The notes beneath the pieces are model-generated. The model ran no database searches. It was not told the origin of the DNA and saw only the letters and a program-made list of their open reading frames with translations. The position numbers and the translations under genes were made by a program. A stretch of 27,171 bases of DNA, from positions 1 through 27,171 of the IMG/VR virus record IMGVR_UViG_3300012953_000179. The stretch is one strand, 5' to 3'. This DNA comes from a virus (Duplodnaviria > Caudoviricetes). Of this stretch, positions 10,501-18,710 are shown one piece after another (within the stretch, counting starts at the first letter, position 1; every line of letters starts with the position of its first letter).

Positions 10501-13500
10501 TTAATAATAAATTGGCTAGAACAGCGGCAGGCAAGGTCATTGTTTGGGACGAGTATGGTCGCAAGATGGTCAAGAACATTGACGAATTATCTGACATGGA
10601 TCACCGTCTTCTGATAGGTAAACCATTCGGTAGGCTTATACGTTCTGTGAATGAGATTGCTGGTGTAGGCGACTACGCTATTACGCGTAAAGCATTGTCT
10701 AATGTTCTTAAAGGGCCAGAGGGTGGTATCGCTTGGGGCTTTAAAGATGACGCTACTAGATTAGCGGCGTTTGAATTTGAACGAGCAAAATTAATACGTG
10801 AGATGAACACTAAAACAAAGATGGCTCGGTTTATACAACAAAGAGCGCATGGCTTTAGCAACAATGTCAGTAGATGGATAGGTGATACTTCAAGGAATCT
10901 TGGTATACCAACTAAACAAGATTTAACTGAGAGATGGTTAAGAAGAAGAGATCCTGATGCTGAGGCACGAATAGGTAATATACAACACGCCTTAAGCAAT
11001 CCAACGATGATGGATGCTGTAGCTAAAGACATATTAAACACACATGACACGTATCTTAATTTCAGTAAGAATTCTTTAGATACTGCTATGCGTGATGCAG
11101 GTTTCGGGCAGACACTTTCACAGTTAGTGAAACTTCCTATTGATTATTCAACAACCCAGTTGAGAGTAGTTCAGAATAATCCCGGACAGTCCCCTGATTA
11201 CACTTTGGCTTTAGCGCAATCTGCGGAGATACATGCGGAAGATGCTGGTGCTGTAGCGGCATTGCACGAATTAAATCATTTTGTGAATCTTGAAGACGAA
11301 GCTCGATTAGCTCCAATCATCAATGAGATGATCTCACAATTACCTACTCAAGGACAAAGAGAATTTCATATAGGCAGAGCGGAGATACCCGCACGGCATG
11401 TGCCTGCTTCTAAGGGTGGGATTATTCCAGCAGAGGGAGCTGAAATAACAGAACAGGCGTTGCAGGCGGCTAAAGAAGCCGAGCCTATAACTGTGATGAT
11501 TACTGGGCAAAGGTTTTGGAAAAAGGATAAAGCAACAGGCAAAATGGTTCGTGCTGTGTCTGAACAGGACGAAGCACGAATCAAAAAAGCGATAGATGAT
11601 TCTTTAGCCCAGTTGCCTCCGGGATCTACTGTTCGTGTGGGTGGCGCTAGAGGCGTGGATGAGTACGCAGAACAGGTGGCTAACAGGTTAGGTTTGAACG
11701 TAGAGCAATATTACATTCCAGATGAAGGAGCTGAATCTTGGAAAACCGCTTCAGCTAAAGCTGGTCCTATTAGAAATAAGAGAATGCTTGAAGGCCGTCC
11801 GATTGAGGGAGGGGAGAGAGGACTAGCTGATAAGACTTGGGCGTTTCATAGTGGTAAAGGGTTTGAAACTCAAGAAGCTGACAAAACTTTAGATATTGGT
11901 AAACGTAGTTTTATATTAAGTAAAATTAAGGGTCTTGGTAGAAATGCGGAAAGTCCTTTAAAAGTTGCGTATCTTCCATATGCCGCTTTCAGAAAAATGG
12001 TGACAGAAAAGGGAGGGCCTCCTGAAGCATTATTGAATCAAGTAATCGCAATTAAATCAGGCGATCAAACTGTTTTGGTTCGTATAACAGGCGCTGAAAC
12101 TCGTCAGGGTGAAGAAATCGCTCAACTGCTTAAAAATGACAACATGCTTATAAGTCCTAAATTCATGCAGGAAATGAAAAAATCGAAGAACTGGGTTAAG
12201 AAAGGTTCTGTACTAGATGACAACATTAAAGGTTGGGATCCTAATTTTCCAGATGGTGGACCAAGGGCAGTAGAGTTACGATTCGAGTACATCGGTCCAC
12301 AAACTAACCCAGCTGAAGTGCAAGCTGGATTAAAATGGGAGGGTGGAACTGCTGATGCTATGAATCAGTCATTGTCAGCAGGGGTGAAAATAGACACGCA
12401 AGCTAACTTTGGTAAACCGGAAATCGCTGGCGCTGAAGAACTTGCAGAAGTATCTGCTTACAACAAAGCTAAAGGTGACGCTTCACGAAGAGCATCTAGA
12501 GATTACGATGAGGTTACAGAAAATGGTGTGACTCGTTTAACTGTTTACGATAGTACAACAGCCACTAAAGCAGAAGATATACCTGCTGTTGCAGGAATTG
12601 AACCTAAAACTCCGATGCAGTCATTACTTTGGTTTGTGGAAGCGTTACCTCCAAGAGTGAGGCGTGTATTAGAAAACAATCTTGATGATGCTATTAAAGG
12701 TAATGCTTCTTGGGAAGAAATAGTAAATAGTGTTCTTTCATATATCCCTTATAAGATTCGTCATTTATGGCACGATCTTTTAATGCCACCTGTGGATGGT
12801 GTTATCAGATCGCCCCGCTATCTTGAAGTGTTTAGAAAAGAAACAGTAGAAGCGTTGGGTATTAAAGAGAGTGATTTAGGAGCGGCGCTTCCTTCACGTA
12901 CGGTAAGAACTTTAAGTAGGCATGTAAAAGATTTCAGTGGCGGTTACGTTTTTGAACCCGGACAGGCTCAATCATTCCCAATGAATTTTGATTACGGTCA
13001 AAGAGGTGCTTTACCTAAAGCGGCTCATGTAACATCGGATGATACTTTTACAGCGATTTTAGATGGGCAACGCACAGCGACTACACGCAAAGACGCTCAA
13101 GTGGAAGGTGTGAAAGTTGGCGACTATTTAAAGTTCACTAAAACAAAACATGGAGTGCCGTCAGAACCTATTTATGTTCGTGTCACAGAAGTTCGTAAAA
13201 CAGATACTTTAACTCCTGAAGAATGGGCGTTGCCTGAAGGTTACAGCCCTAAAGCCGCCGCCGAAAATTGGAAAACAACTGGTGAAGATCCATATAGTCA
13301 GATAGAACAGGCAGAAGCAAGCGCCAGTGCAGGTAGAGCTGTCGATCAAACCATTCCAGCGAAAGTATATGGGTACAGAGGTGGACCTTATGGCGAAGGA
13401 CACACACAGATACTTTTTGAAATGGTTAACCCTGAAACTGGGATAGCTCTTAAAGCTCAACCACAGAAATCAGCTAACCACCGTCAGTTAGAAGCAGGTG

Positions 13501-16500
13501 GAGCGAACATTGATTCTTACCCAGCGGCTTTAAGAGGCGAGTTTACTATAGATGAACTTCTAGACGAGTTATCAGATTTTTGGTGGGACGCTCATTATAA
13601 ACAGAACAAGGCAACAGGTCCAAAAATAATTGTTGTTGGTGAAGTCGGAGAATCATATGGTTACACAGGTAAAAGATTCAATCTTATTGATGACGGTAAA
13701 TCAAAACCCGGAGCTAAGTTAAGCGACGAAAGACCAATGGCGGGTGATTGGATAGAATCTGATACTCAAGCTGGTTGGCCTCCTGCGATCGCAAAAATAC
13801 TTAAAAGGGTTGAAGAAGAAACAGGTTACAAATTCGATATAGCTATTATCCAAAGGTACGATTCGGGTTCAGTTGACCTTGGTTGGCATTTCGACAAACT
13901 TCCCGATCAGACTCCTGAAGAGATTATTGCGTCGGTTAATTTTGGTGAAACAAGAAACTTCCAATTCAGACCAAGATGGCGAGAAGATGGTAAAGAATAC
14001 GGTTATAGAACTGATAGAAGTGAACATCATATAGATATGCCGTTAGAGGACGGTGACATTTTCTTGATGCGTGAAGGCACTCAACAAAATTGGGAGCATC
14101 GAGTTACTCGCGGTTTGTCGCATGAAAGGCTTGGACCGCGTATCAATATTACTTTTAGGCGTAGTAATCCTGCGATGATTTCGCAGGCACGTTTAGCGAG
14201 GGTAGACGATGCAGAAAAATTAGTTACTGAAGCGCCTCTTGTAACAGAAGTTCATTACAAAAAAGGTTTAAACACTGTCTTAAGCAACTTCCACCAAGAA
14301 GAATTTGTTTTTAGAGGTGTAGCATTTTCAACAGCAGAAGGCGCGTATCAAGCTTGGAAAACAGGAGAGTATGTACCCGGATTTGAAAACCTAACAGGTG
14401 CGGCGGCTAAATCTAAAGGACGCAAATTAGCGCCTGATACTGATACGAATACAGAATTAATGAGAGAGATTCTTCAATCTAAATTCGATCAGTCTCCTAC
14501 ATTCAGAGAAGAACTATTAGCATCAGGGCAGATTACTCATCCTGTTAAAGACACATTTTGGGCAGGTAAATTCCCTGAGTTGCTTGAAGAACTTAAGAGC
14601 AGTGTGCAAGGTTCTACGGATCATCCGTTGATTTCTTTCCCATCTCCTATCAGGGGTGTAACAGTAGAAGCTTTTTCTAATCCGCAAGGCAATTTAGCGT
14701 CTCTTTCACATTCTGACGGCTCGTTCAGTATTGATCTTAGGGCTATAGAAGAAGCATATGAGAACCGTAGCTTTACAGGAACAGCTTTTGATTCTTTGAA
14801 GCAATTCGGTTGGTTTAATGCTGATGAGTTTGTGACAATGCTTGCGACAAGAAACATAGTTCCTTCTCAGCTTAGTGATGCTGAAAGGTTTGTTGAGTTA
14901 GTAAACCTCTATGCAGACACTCGTGGTATAGATGCTGTAATTGATTTGGATACACCATTAACTGACCAATTTGCTTTAATGGCTTATGTTTGGGAAACAC
15001 AAATGTCACGCTTAAGATACGGTTACGCTACAAACCCCGCGGATAATGTTGAAGCGGTAGCACGAGCCAACCAAGCTAACATGCTTACCTTCTCTGAGCT
15101 TGGTATCCCTATACCTAATATGACTGATGGTATTCCACGCGGAAATCAAAGCACACAAATAGCACATTGGTTGTTTGGGAATCCGGGAAGATACAAAAAC
15201 ATAAGCAAATTGCATTATTCAGAAGAGGCTTTGAGAGATGCGATGCACAAAGCATACGTTGGGGCGCATACTACACCGGAAGGTCAGCAAGCGCATACAA
15301 GTGCAGTTCGCTCAAATATTTCTACTGATCCAGCGGCTCCTTACATATCTCATGCGATACCAGATTCAGTAGTAAGAGGTTTTGTACCTATGGTGCCAAC
15401 CTCTGTGGCAGAAGATTTGACATCTTTAATGATAGCTGACCCTGAATTAGTAGGGGCTACTAATAAATTCCATCAAATATTTCAAGAGACACTTACACGC
15501 AAGTTAGATGAAATAGGTGGTACTGGTCCTAAGAGACAAAGCACAGGAGTGGTTGCTACTACACAATTATTAAATCCAGCTGTGAGTATAAAAGGCGCTC
15601 GTAATAGCGGTATTACTTATATGAAATTAGCTGAACAATGGGCTGATGCAGGGCATTTCCCATTAGTTACAGCTTCTACAGATCCAATGGTTGCTAAAGC
15701 TATAGCTGAAAGTGTTGTAGAAACAATCGCAGAAATGAAAGGTGTCCCTGTTGAACAGATAGGACTCCCAAGGATAGGAACGAAAGATCTTCATGGTGAT
15801 GAGTTCTTTAACCAACCCGGATATTACAGAAGAGAAAGAGAAAGAAATGCTCAAACTCCTGACTGGGATCTTGAACGTGGTGGTTTAACTTCTACAGAAA
15901 GCAACGCTTCGTTTGGTGACATAGGCACGATGAACCATGTTTACGGTTTTGCTAGTGATGGGCGTGGTGCTGTTACTTCTGCACAAATGGGAGAAAGCGG
16001 GTTAAGAGGGGAAACAGTATTTGGTATAGGCGCACATCGTTTAAGTCCATTTGAGGGTCTTACACCTGTGCCAATGTCAACTAATGGCGAATATCAAGTA
16101 AGCAAAAAGATAATAGCTAGACACAAAGACGGATTACGACCTAATGCGATTATAGATCCTAATAACTCAACAGAGCTTGCATGGTATAAACCTGATGAAT
16201 GGGATCTTGAAGAACAAATATTTAGTGGTCCAACAATTCATAATGCAATTTCGGAAACTGGACAACTTGTTATAGATAACCTTTTACATACTTACACAAA
16301 CCAAAGTAGAAGGGGAGGCACTACTACTCCACTTAAAAGTTTTCATCCGTGGGTTAATGAAGTAATTAATGACGCTCCTGTTGATGCAGGTCGTATGCAA
16401 GCGAATGCTGATAGTGACGGATGGTGGAATAGCGCTCCGCAAGAATTAGTAGGTTTCGCTCCTGCTGAAGCAGAAGACCAAAGCGCATTCTATTTGAAAC

Positions 16501-18710
16501 TCTTTAGAGGATTCTTTGATGGGGTAGTCCACCCAATGTTAGGTGCGATGGTCAGGGAACCATTGTTCCATGAGTATCTAACAACAGGCATGAAACAAAC
16601 AGAAGGTTTCAGGCAAGCATACTTCCATGCTCCTGACAGATTCAAAACACTTAACACTCGCTTAGGTAAAACATCTAGCGTTAATGATAATAAACAGTTG
16701 GTTATTAACGGTTGGGAAGATTTTGTAAAGCAAAACGCTTTAAGCCGAGTACCAGATGCGGACGATCCGGTTACTGGCCTTTTCTACGCTATAGAAAACA
16801 GAAACAAAAAAGGTGTCGAAAAGCATTTAGATGTGATATTAAACGGCACAGAAGAAACTGCACCTCTAGCATTATCACCGCAAATAACAGAGTTCTTTGA
16901 AGAATTGTATGTGATGGCGAGTTCAAATACTAAAGTCGATGCAAAACTATTAGATGATTTCTTTTCTTACAACACAGGTTTAGAGAAGCAACTTGAACTA
17001 TGGAGAGATGCTGGTCTTCAAAGAGCTATGACTCTAACAAGTTCATTCATTGATGACCATAGAATCAGATCGAACTTCCAAACAATGGTTAATACAGCTG
17101 TACCATTCTGGTTTGCTGAAGACACGTTCCTTAGAAGATTCGCACGAGGGTTAGCACATAACCCATTAATGTTACGAAATCTGAATCTTTTCACAGGAGC
17201 GTTACGTGATATGGGTATCGTTCAAAAAGACCAACACGGAAATGACATTCTTGTAATTCCGGGATCAGGTGCCACAGTAGGTTTCGTAATGGAACTAGCA
17301 GACAGAACGCCTATTGTGAACAGGATCTTTGGAGGAAATTTAGGTAGTGTAGCTAAACCAAATCTAGCTTCAAGCCTTCATGTAATTCCGGGTTATGATT
17401 TAGACAGAATGGGTCAGATGGGCTTTGGTCCTTTACTTTCAATCCCTATAAATCTAGTCGCTAATATTGATTCGACTATCAGAAAGACTTTTGAGAACAA
17501 CCTTTCAGGTGGTAGGTTCACCCCTGAGAATCGTGGAGAAGTAGTTTGGAGTGCAGTAGTTCCACAAGTTATTGCACGACCTGTTTCTGCAATAATGGAT
17601 GGATTTGGTTTTGAATCTAAAGGTAAAATCAAAGCTCAAATGGAAGTCATCAAGTATCTAGGGTTACATGGTCAGCTTCCAACGCCTGAAGAGATAGCGT
17701 CTCAACCTAACCCTGAAGTTTTCATGGAAAGATTCATGGCCAAAGTAGCGCAAATGGGTAGACAGTATTCGCTTCTACAAACAATGACATGGTGGGCTGG
17801 CCCCGCTACAGCACGGTTACATGATCTTATGAACAATGAATCGTTTGAAAGAAACCAAGATTTATGGGAGCTAGTCGGCAATGGTGTTCCTTGGGAGGAA
17901 GCCTACGGAATGTGGATGGAGAAGATCATCGCTGAAGAAGGCGAGTTTGATCCGTTTAAACACACACCATTCATGGTAGGTACACATAAAAAAGGAACGG
18001 TAGCTGTTTTGGAAACGACAGAACAAGCTAACGATTGGATCGTTGACAATAATCCGTTTATTAACAACTTCCCTAATACTGCGGCTTTCTTTATGGATCG
18101 CGGTTTTGATTCTGACGACGACGATTACGAAGCAGACGCTAAAGCAAGACTGGTAGCGCATGGTCTTTTAGAATTGCAGACACCTGTAGAGTATTTGAAT
18201 GAGGTGTATTACAAGTCTGCGATGCCTCAATATCAGAAAATGAAAACAGATTATCTTGAAAAGAAGTACGCATTATTAGCTAATAAACAGGACACTTCGG
18301 GGCTTGATAGGCAATGGGATGCAGATAATTTACAATTTATGACCAGCAACCCAGTGTTTGCTAAAGAGTATCAAGGTGGTAGGTCAAGGGATAAACGTGA
18401 AGCATCTATGAAAGAGATAGAATTGCTTGTTAATAACCCTGACAAAGTACCTGAAGGGCCATATAAAGCAGATTTGCTTGCAGTTATGGGACTAGCTACT
18501 CAAATGGAAAAGGACTTATTTAAGCTAAAAGGGCAAACAACTGGTGAAGCTAGTGAATTAAGGAACAATATTAAAGTAATGGTTTATTTGACCCTCCGTG
18601 ACTTTGTTCGTGGTAAGCCGTGGCTAAATGAAATATATTATAGTTTAGTGCTTCCATTGTTGGGAGAGAATTTTGTTGCAAAATTTGAGAATGGATTGAT
18701 AAAAGTATGA
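7581..18710 (+). CDS. Giant (3709 aa) polyvalent internal virion/ejection protein with SLOG, ASCH, AlkB, NADAR and degenerate zincin domains
   Basis: Scaffold motifs of large phage ejection/polyvalent proteins: hydrophobic DPTTWLLG segment, WRPAVLLRLGYVARN at 10404-10448, PFWFAEDTFLRR..NP and GFGPLLSIP in an LPD38-like C-terminal region. Enzymatic domains lie at about 11484-15090. Confidence 0.8.
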   Translation: MVNSRFNPVTSSNRNWGREDNLNSIMYGENYATLMRSGAGRFIQGPELSTRLVDLASSNISIDKQLETLYTANDQIYLRQQIENFKKVPKTFQPSEFANLPPTTQQMMLSAGYELPDKKQDERPWWQRALTWDIPFNPFDNWLDDRSWGTPLALPKAALAPIKAVGAGLGFVGSSLWEGVEKGWRAGQRFTRSLMYLEELGANSMFKPPKWREAWNNTRLENDSYSKDTIADAIELVGPDRTKLLRMYVAQGNDAVAEYFADEMEARGRPIEDAINLHSDWYESLAREDSQEALAILQSNKLDTFNGSIRMFNKYLPFLPDAAPDSVYGKMIGTTGTIATGIVFDPTTWLLGPAFSAAKLTKMGIRNADAWKTIDLAEQYSRIVREHGGKLPRSEMARLSNTHDELMSEWSRSHRGLRAVGLLNPLVRMNANARNRFIGKVNETFDKLNRTEDARIAIRDEMGVDATYAKVEEELLKRHPDLASVDADALLEEFTRLIPGMEQGLQHMIEYNLKARLDDGWVTATGQRVKPQDLSTYDGFWNFLKDDLGARALSSKMGGVDPDAIFIPRLTFRGASWQRVKTLMDQTVDFGKNSHNDITAGIARLSGEYLEKQDYTAVALLMEDIDNGVLTLSKEISHADMGALLKIRDVDQRASMANMMMGLSKADVTLITGRHQKMLDEGEIFKRLMDEGEVSDLLNYYKGDGRIIDETGKVRYLQKGDVLPKGWWRAARNYYTDNIPPQGSFNAEVGLAEKLKVFSLATATSMAYYPAKFARSLITYVPKAGHLDRVDALTSISEFKALVKMGSLAHMPRAQINSYIRKFITGNEAERWIVSSEFLLDFVGRSGILLHAGDDVTQFVDRFIRHGSHHYDVLKQDGVSIFGMSAPRGIFVSDMNLAQMSRMNVIPNYRELAAVAKYINMYKRFGWMTPIPWIDKWMGRIWRPAVLLRLGYVARNGGEELFSWMLREGPGSYVNNKLARTAAGKVIVWDEYGRKMVKNIDELSDMDHRLLIGKPFGRLIRSVNEIAGVGDYAITRKALSNVLKGPEGGIAWGFKDDATRLAAFEFERAKLIREMNTKTKMARFIQQRAHGFSNNVSRWIGDTSRNLGIPTKQDLTERWLRRRDPDAEARIGNIQHALSNPTMMDAVAKDILNTHDTYLNFSKNSLDTAMRDAGFGQTLSQLVKLPIDYSTTQLRVVQNNPGQSPDYTLALAQSAEIHAEDAGAVAALHELNHFVNLEDEARLAPIINEMISQLPTQGQREFHIGRAEIPARHVPASKGGIIPAEGAEITEQALQAAKEAEPITVMITGQRFWKKDKATGKMVRAVSEQDEARIKKAIDDSLAQLPPGSTVRVGGARGVDEYAEQVANRLGLNVEQYYIPDEGAESWKTASAKAGPIRNKRMLEGRPIEGGERGLADKTWAFHSGKGFETQEADKTLDIGKRSFILSKIKGLGRNAESPLKVAYLPYAAFRKMVTEKGGPPEALLNQVIAIKSGDQTVLVRITGAETRQGEEIAQLLKNDNMLISPKFMQEMKKSKNWVKKGSVLDDNIKGWDPNFPDGGPRAVELRFEYIGPQTNPAEVQAGLKWEGGTADAMNQSLSAGVKIDTQANFGKPEIAGAEELAEVSAYNKAKGDASRRASRDYDEVTENGVTRLTVYDSTTATKAEDIPAVAGIEPKTPMQSLLWFVEALPPRVRRVLENNLDDAIKGNASWEEIVNSVLSYIPYKIRHLWHDLLMPPVDGVIRSPRYLEVFRKETVEALGIKESDLGAALPSRTVRTLSRHVKDFSGGYVFEPGQAQSFPMNFDYGQRGALPKAAHVTSDDTFTAILDGQRTATTRKDAQVEGVKVGDYLKFTKTKHGVPSEPIYVRVTEVRKTDTLTPEEWALPEGYSPKAAAENWKTTGEDPYSQIEQAEASASAGRAVDQTIPAKVYGYRGGPYGEGHTQILFEMVNPETGIALKAQPQKSANHRQLEAGGANIDSYPAALRGEFTIDELLDELSDFWWDAHYKQNKATGPKIIVVGEVGESYGYTGKRFNLIDDGKSKPGAKLSDERPMAGDWIESDTQAGWPPAIAKILKRVEEETGYKFDIAIIQRYDSGSVDLGWHFDKLPDQTPEEIIASVNFGETRNFQFRPRWREDGKEYGYRTDRSEHHIDMPLEDGDIFLMREGTQQNWEHRVTRGLSHERLGPRINITFRRSNPAMISQARLARVDDAEKLVTEAPLVTEVHYKKGLNTVLSNFHQEEFVFRGVAFSTAEGAYQAWKTGEYVPGFENLTGAAAKSKGRKLAPDTDTNTELMREILQSKFDQSPTFREELLASGQITHPVKDTFWAGKFPELLEELKSSVQGSTDHPLISFPSPIRGVTVEAFSNPQGNLASLSHSDGSFSIDLRAIEEAYENRSFTGTAFDSLKQFGWFNADEFVTMLATRNIVPSQLSDAERFVELVNLYADTRGIDAVIDLDTPLTDQFALMAYVWETQMSRLRYGYATNPADNVEAVARANQANMLTFSELGIPIPNMTDGIPRGNQSTQIAHWLFGNPGRYKNISKLHYSEEALRDAMHKAYVGAHTTPEGQQAHTSAVRSNISTDPAAPYISHAIPDSVVRGFVPMVPTSVAEDLTSLMIADPELVGATNKFHQIFQETLTRKLDEIGGTGPKRQSTGVVATTQLLNPAVSIKGARNSGITYMKLAEQWADAGHFPLVTASTDPMVAKAIAESVVETIAEMKGVPVEQIGLPRIGTKDLHGDEFFNQPGYYRRERERNAQTPDWDLERGGLTSTESNASFGDIGTMNHVYGFASDGRGAVTSAQMGESGLRGETVFGIGAHRLSPFEGLTPVPMSTNGEYQVSKKIIARHKDGLRPNAIIDPNNSTELAWYKPDEWDLEEQIFSGPTIHNAISETGQLVIDNLLHTYTNQSRRGGTTTPLKSFHPWVNEVINDAPVDAGRMQANADSDGWWNSAPQELVGFAPAEAEDQSAFYLKLFRGFFDGVVHPMLGAMVREPLFHEYLTTGMKQTEGFRQAYFHAPDRFKTLNTRLGKTSSVNDNKQLVINGWEDFVKQNALSRVPDADDPVTGLFYAIENRNKKGVEKHLDVILNGTEETAPLALSPQITEFFEELYVMASSNTKVDAKLLDDFFSYNTGLEKQLELWRDAGLQRAMTLTSSFIDDHRIRSNFQTMVNTAVPFWFAEDTFLRRFARGLAHNPLMLRNLNLFTGALRDMGIVQKDQHGNDILVIPGSGATVGFVMELADRTPIVNRIFGGNLGSVAKPNLASSLHVIPGYDLDRMGQMGFGPLLSIPINLVANIDSTIRKTFENNLSGGRFTPENRGEVVWSAVVPQVIARPVSAIMDGFGFESKGKIKAQMEVIKYLGLHGQLPTPEEIASQPNPEVFMERFMAKVAQMGRQYSLLQTMTWWAGPATARLHDLMNNESFERNQDLWELVGNGVPWEEAYGMWMEKIIAEEGEFDPFKHTPFMVGTHKKGTVAVLETTEQANDWIVDNNPFINNFPNTAAFFMDRGFDSDDDDYEADAKARLVAHGLLELQTPVEYLNEVYYKSAMPQYQKMKTDYLEKKYALLANKQDTSGLDRQWDADNLQFMTSNPVFAKEYQGGRSRDKREASMKEIELLVNNPDKVPEGPYKADLLAVMGLATQMEKDLFKLKGQTTGEASELRNNIKVMVYLTLRDFVRGKPWLNEIYYSLVLPLLGENFVAKFENGLIKV
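11484..12395 (+). other. YspA/DUF2493-like SLOG domain (split by an insert) within giant protein
   Basis: VMITGQR, VRVGGARGVDEYAEQVA..LG, W..AGPIRNKRML, WAF, then after a ~160-aa insert GGTADAMNQSLSAGVKID. Confidence 0.8.
12975..13430 (+). other. ASCH (PUA-like) domain within giant protein
   Basis: TFTAILDGQRTATTR, VKVGDYLKF, IYVRVTEV, LTPEEWALPEGY, QILFE. Confidence 0.85.
13497..14162 (+). other. AlkB-family (ALKBH2/3-like) dioxygenase domain within giant protein
   Basis: YGYTG, WPP..KRVEEETG.KF, GWHFD (HxD at 13887-13895), IASVNFGETRNFQF, LEDGDIFLM..GTQQNWEH, PRINITFRR. Confidence 0.92.
14241..14600 (+). other. NADAR (YbiA-like) domain within giant protein
   Basis: LSNF, F..RGVAFSTAEGAYQAWK, AKSKGR, LMREILQSKFDQSP.FREELLASG, DTFWAG, LLEELK. 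Confidence 0.88.

Noticed and set aside
11370-15130. Inteins or homing endonucleases explaining the insertions
   Set aside because: No C/S...HN-C/S/T splice junction motifs and no LAGLIDADG/HNH motifs were seen.
7581-18710. Giant ORF as an N4- or crAss-like virion RNA polymerase
   Set aside because: The size fits, but I found no DxDGD/DFDID or T7-like polymerase motifs. FDSDDDD at 18105-18125 is an acidic run near the C-terminus.
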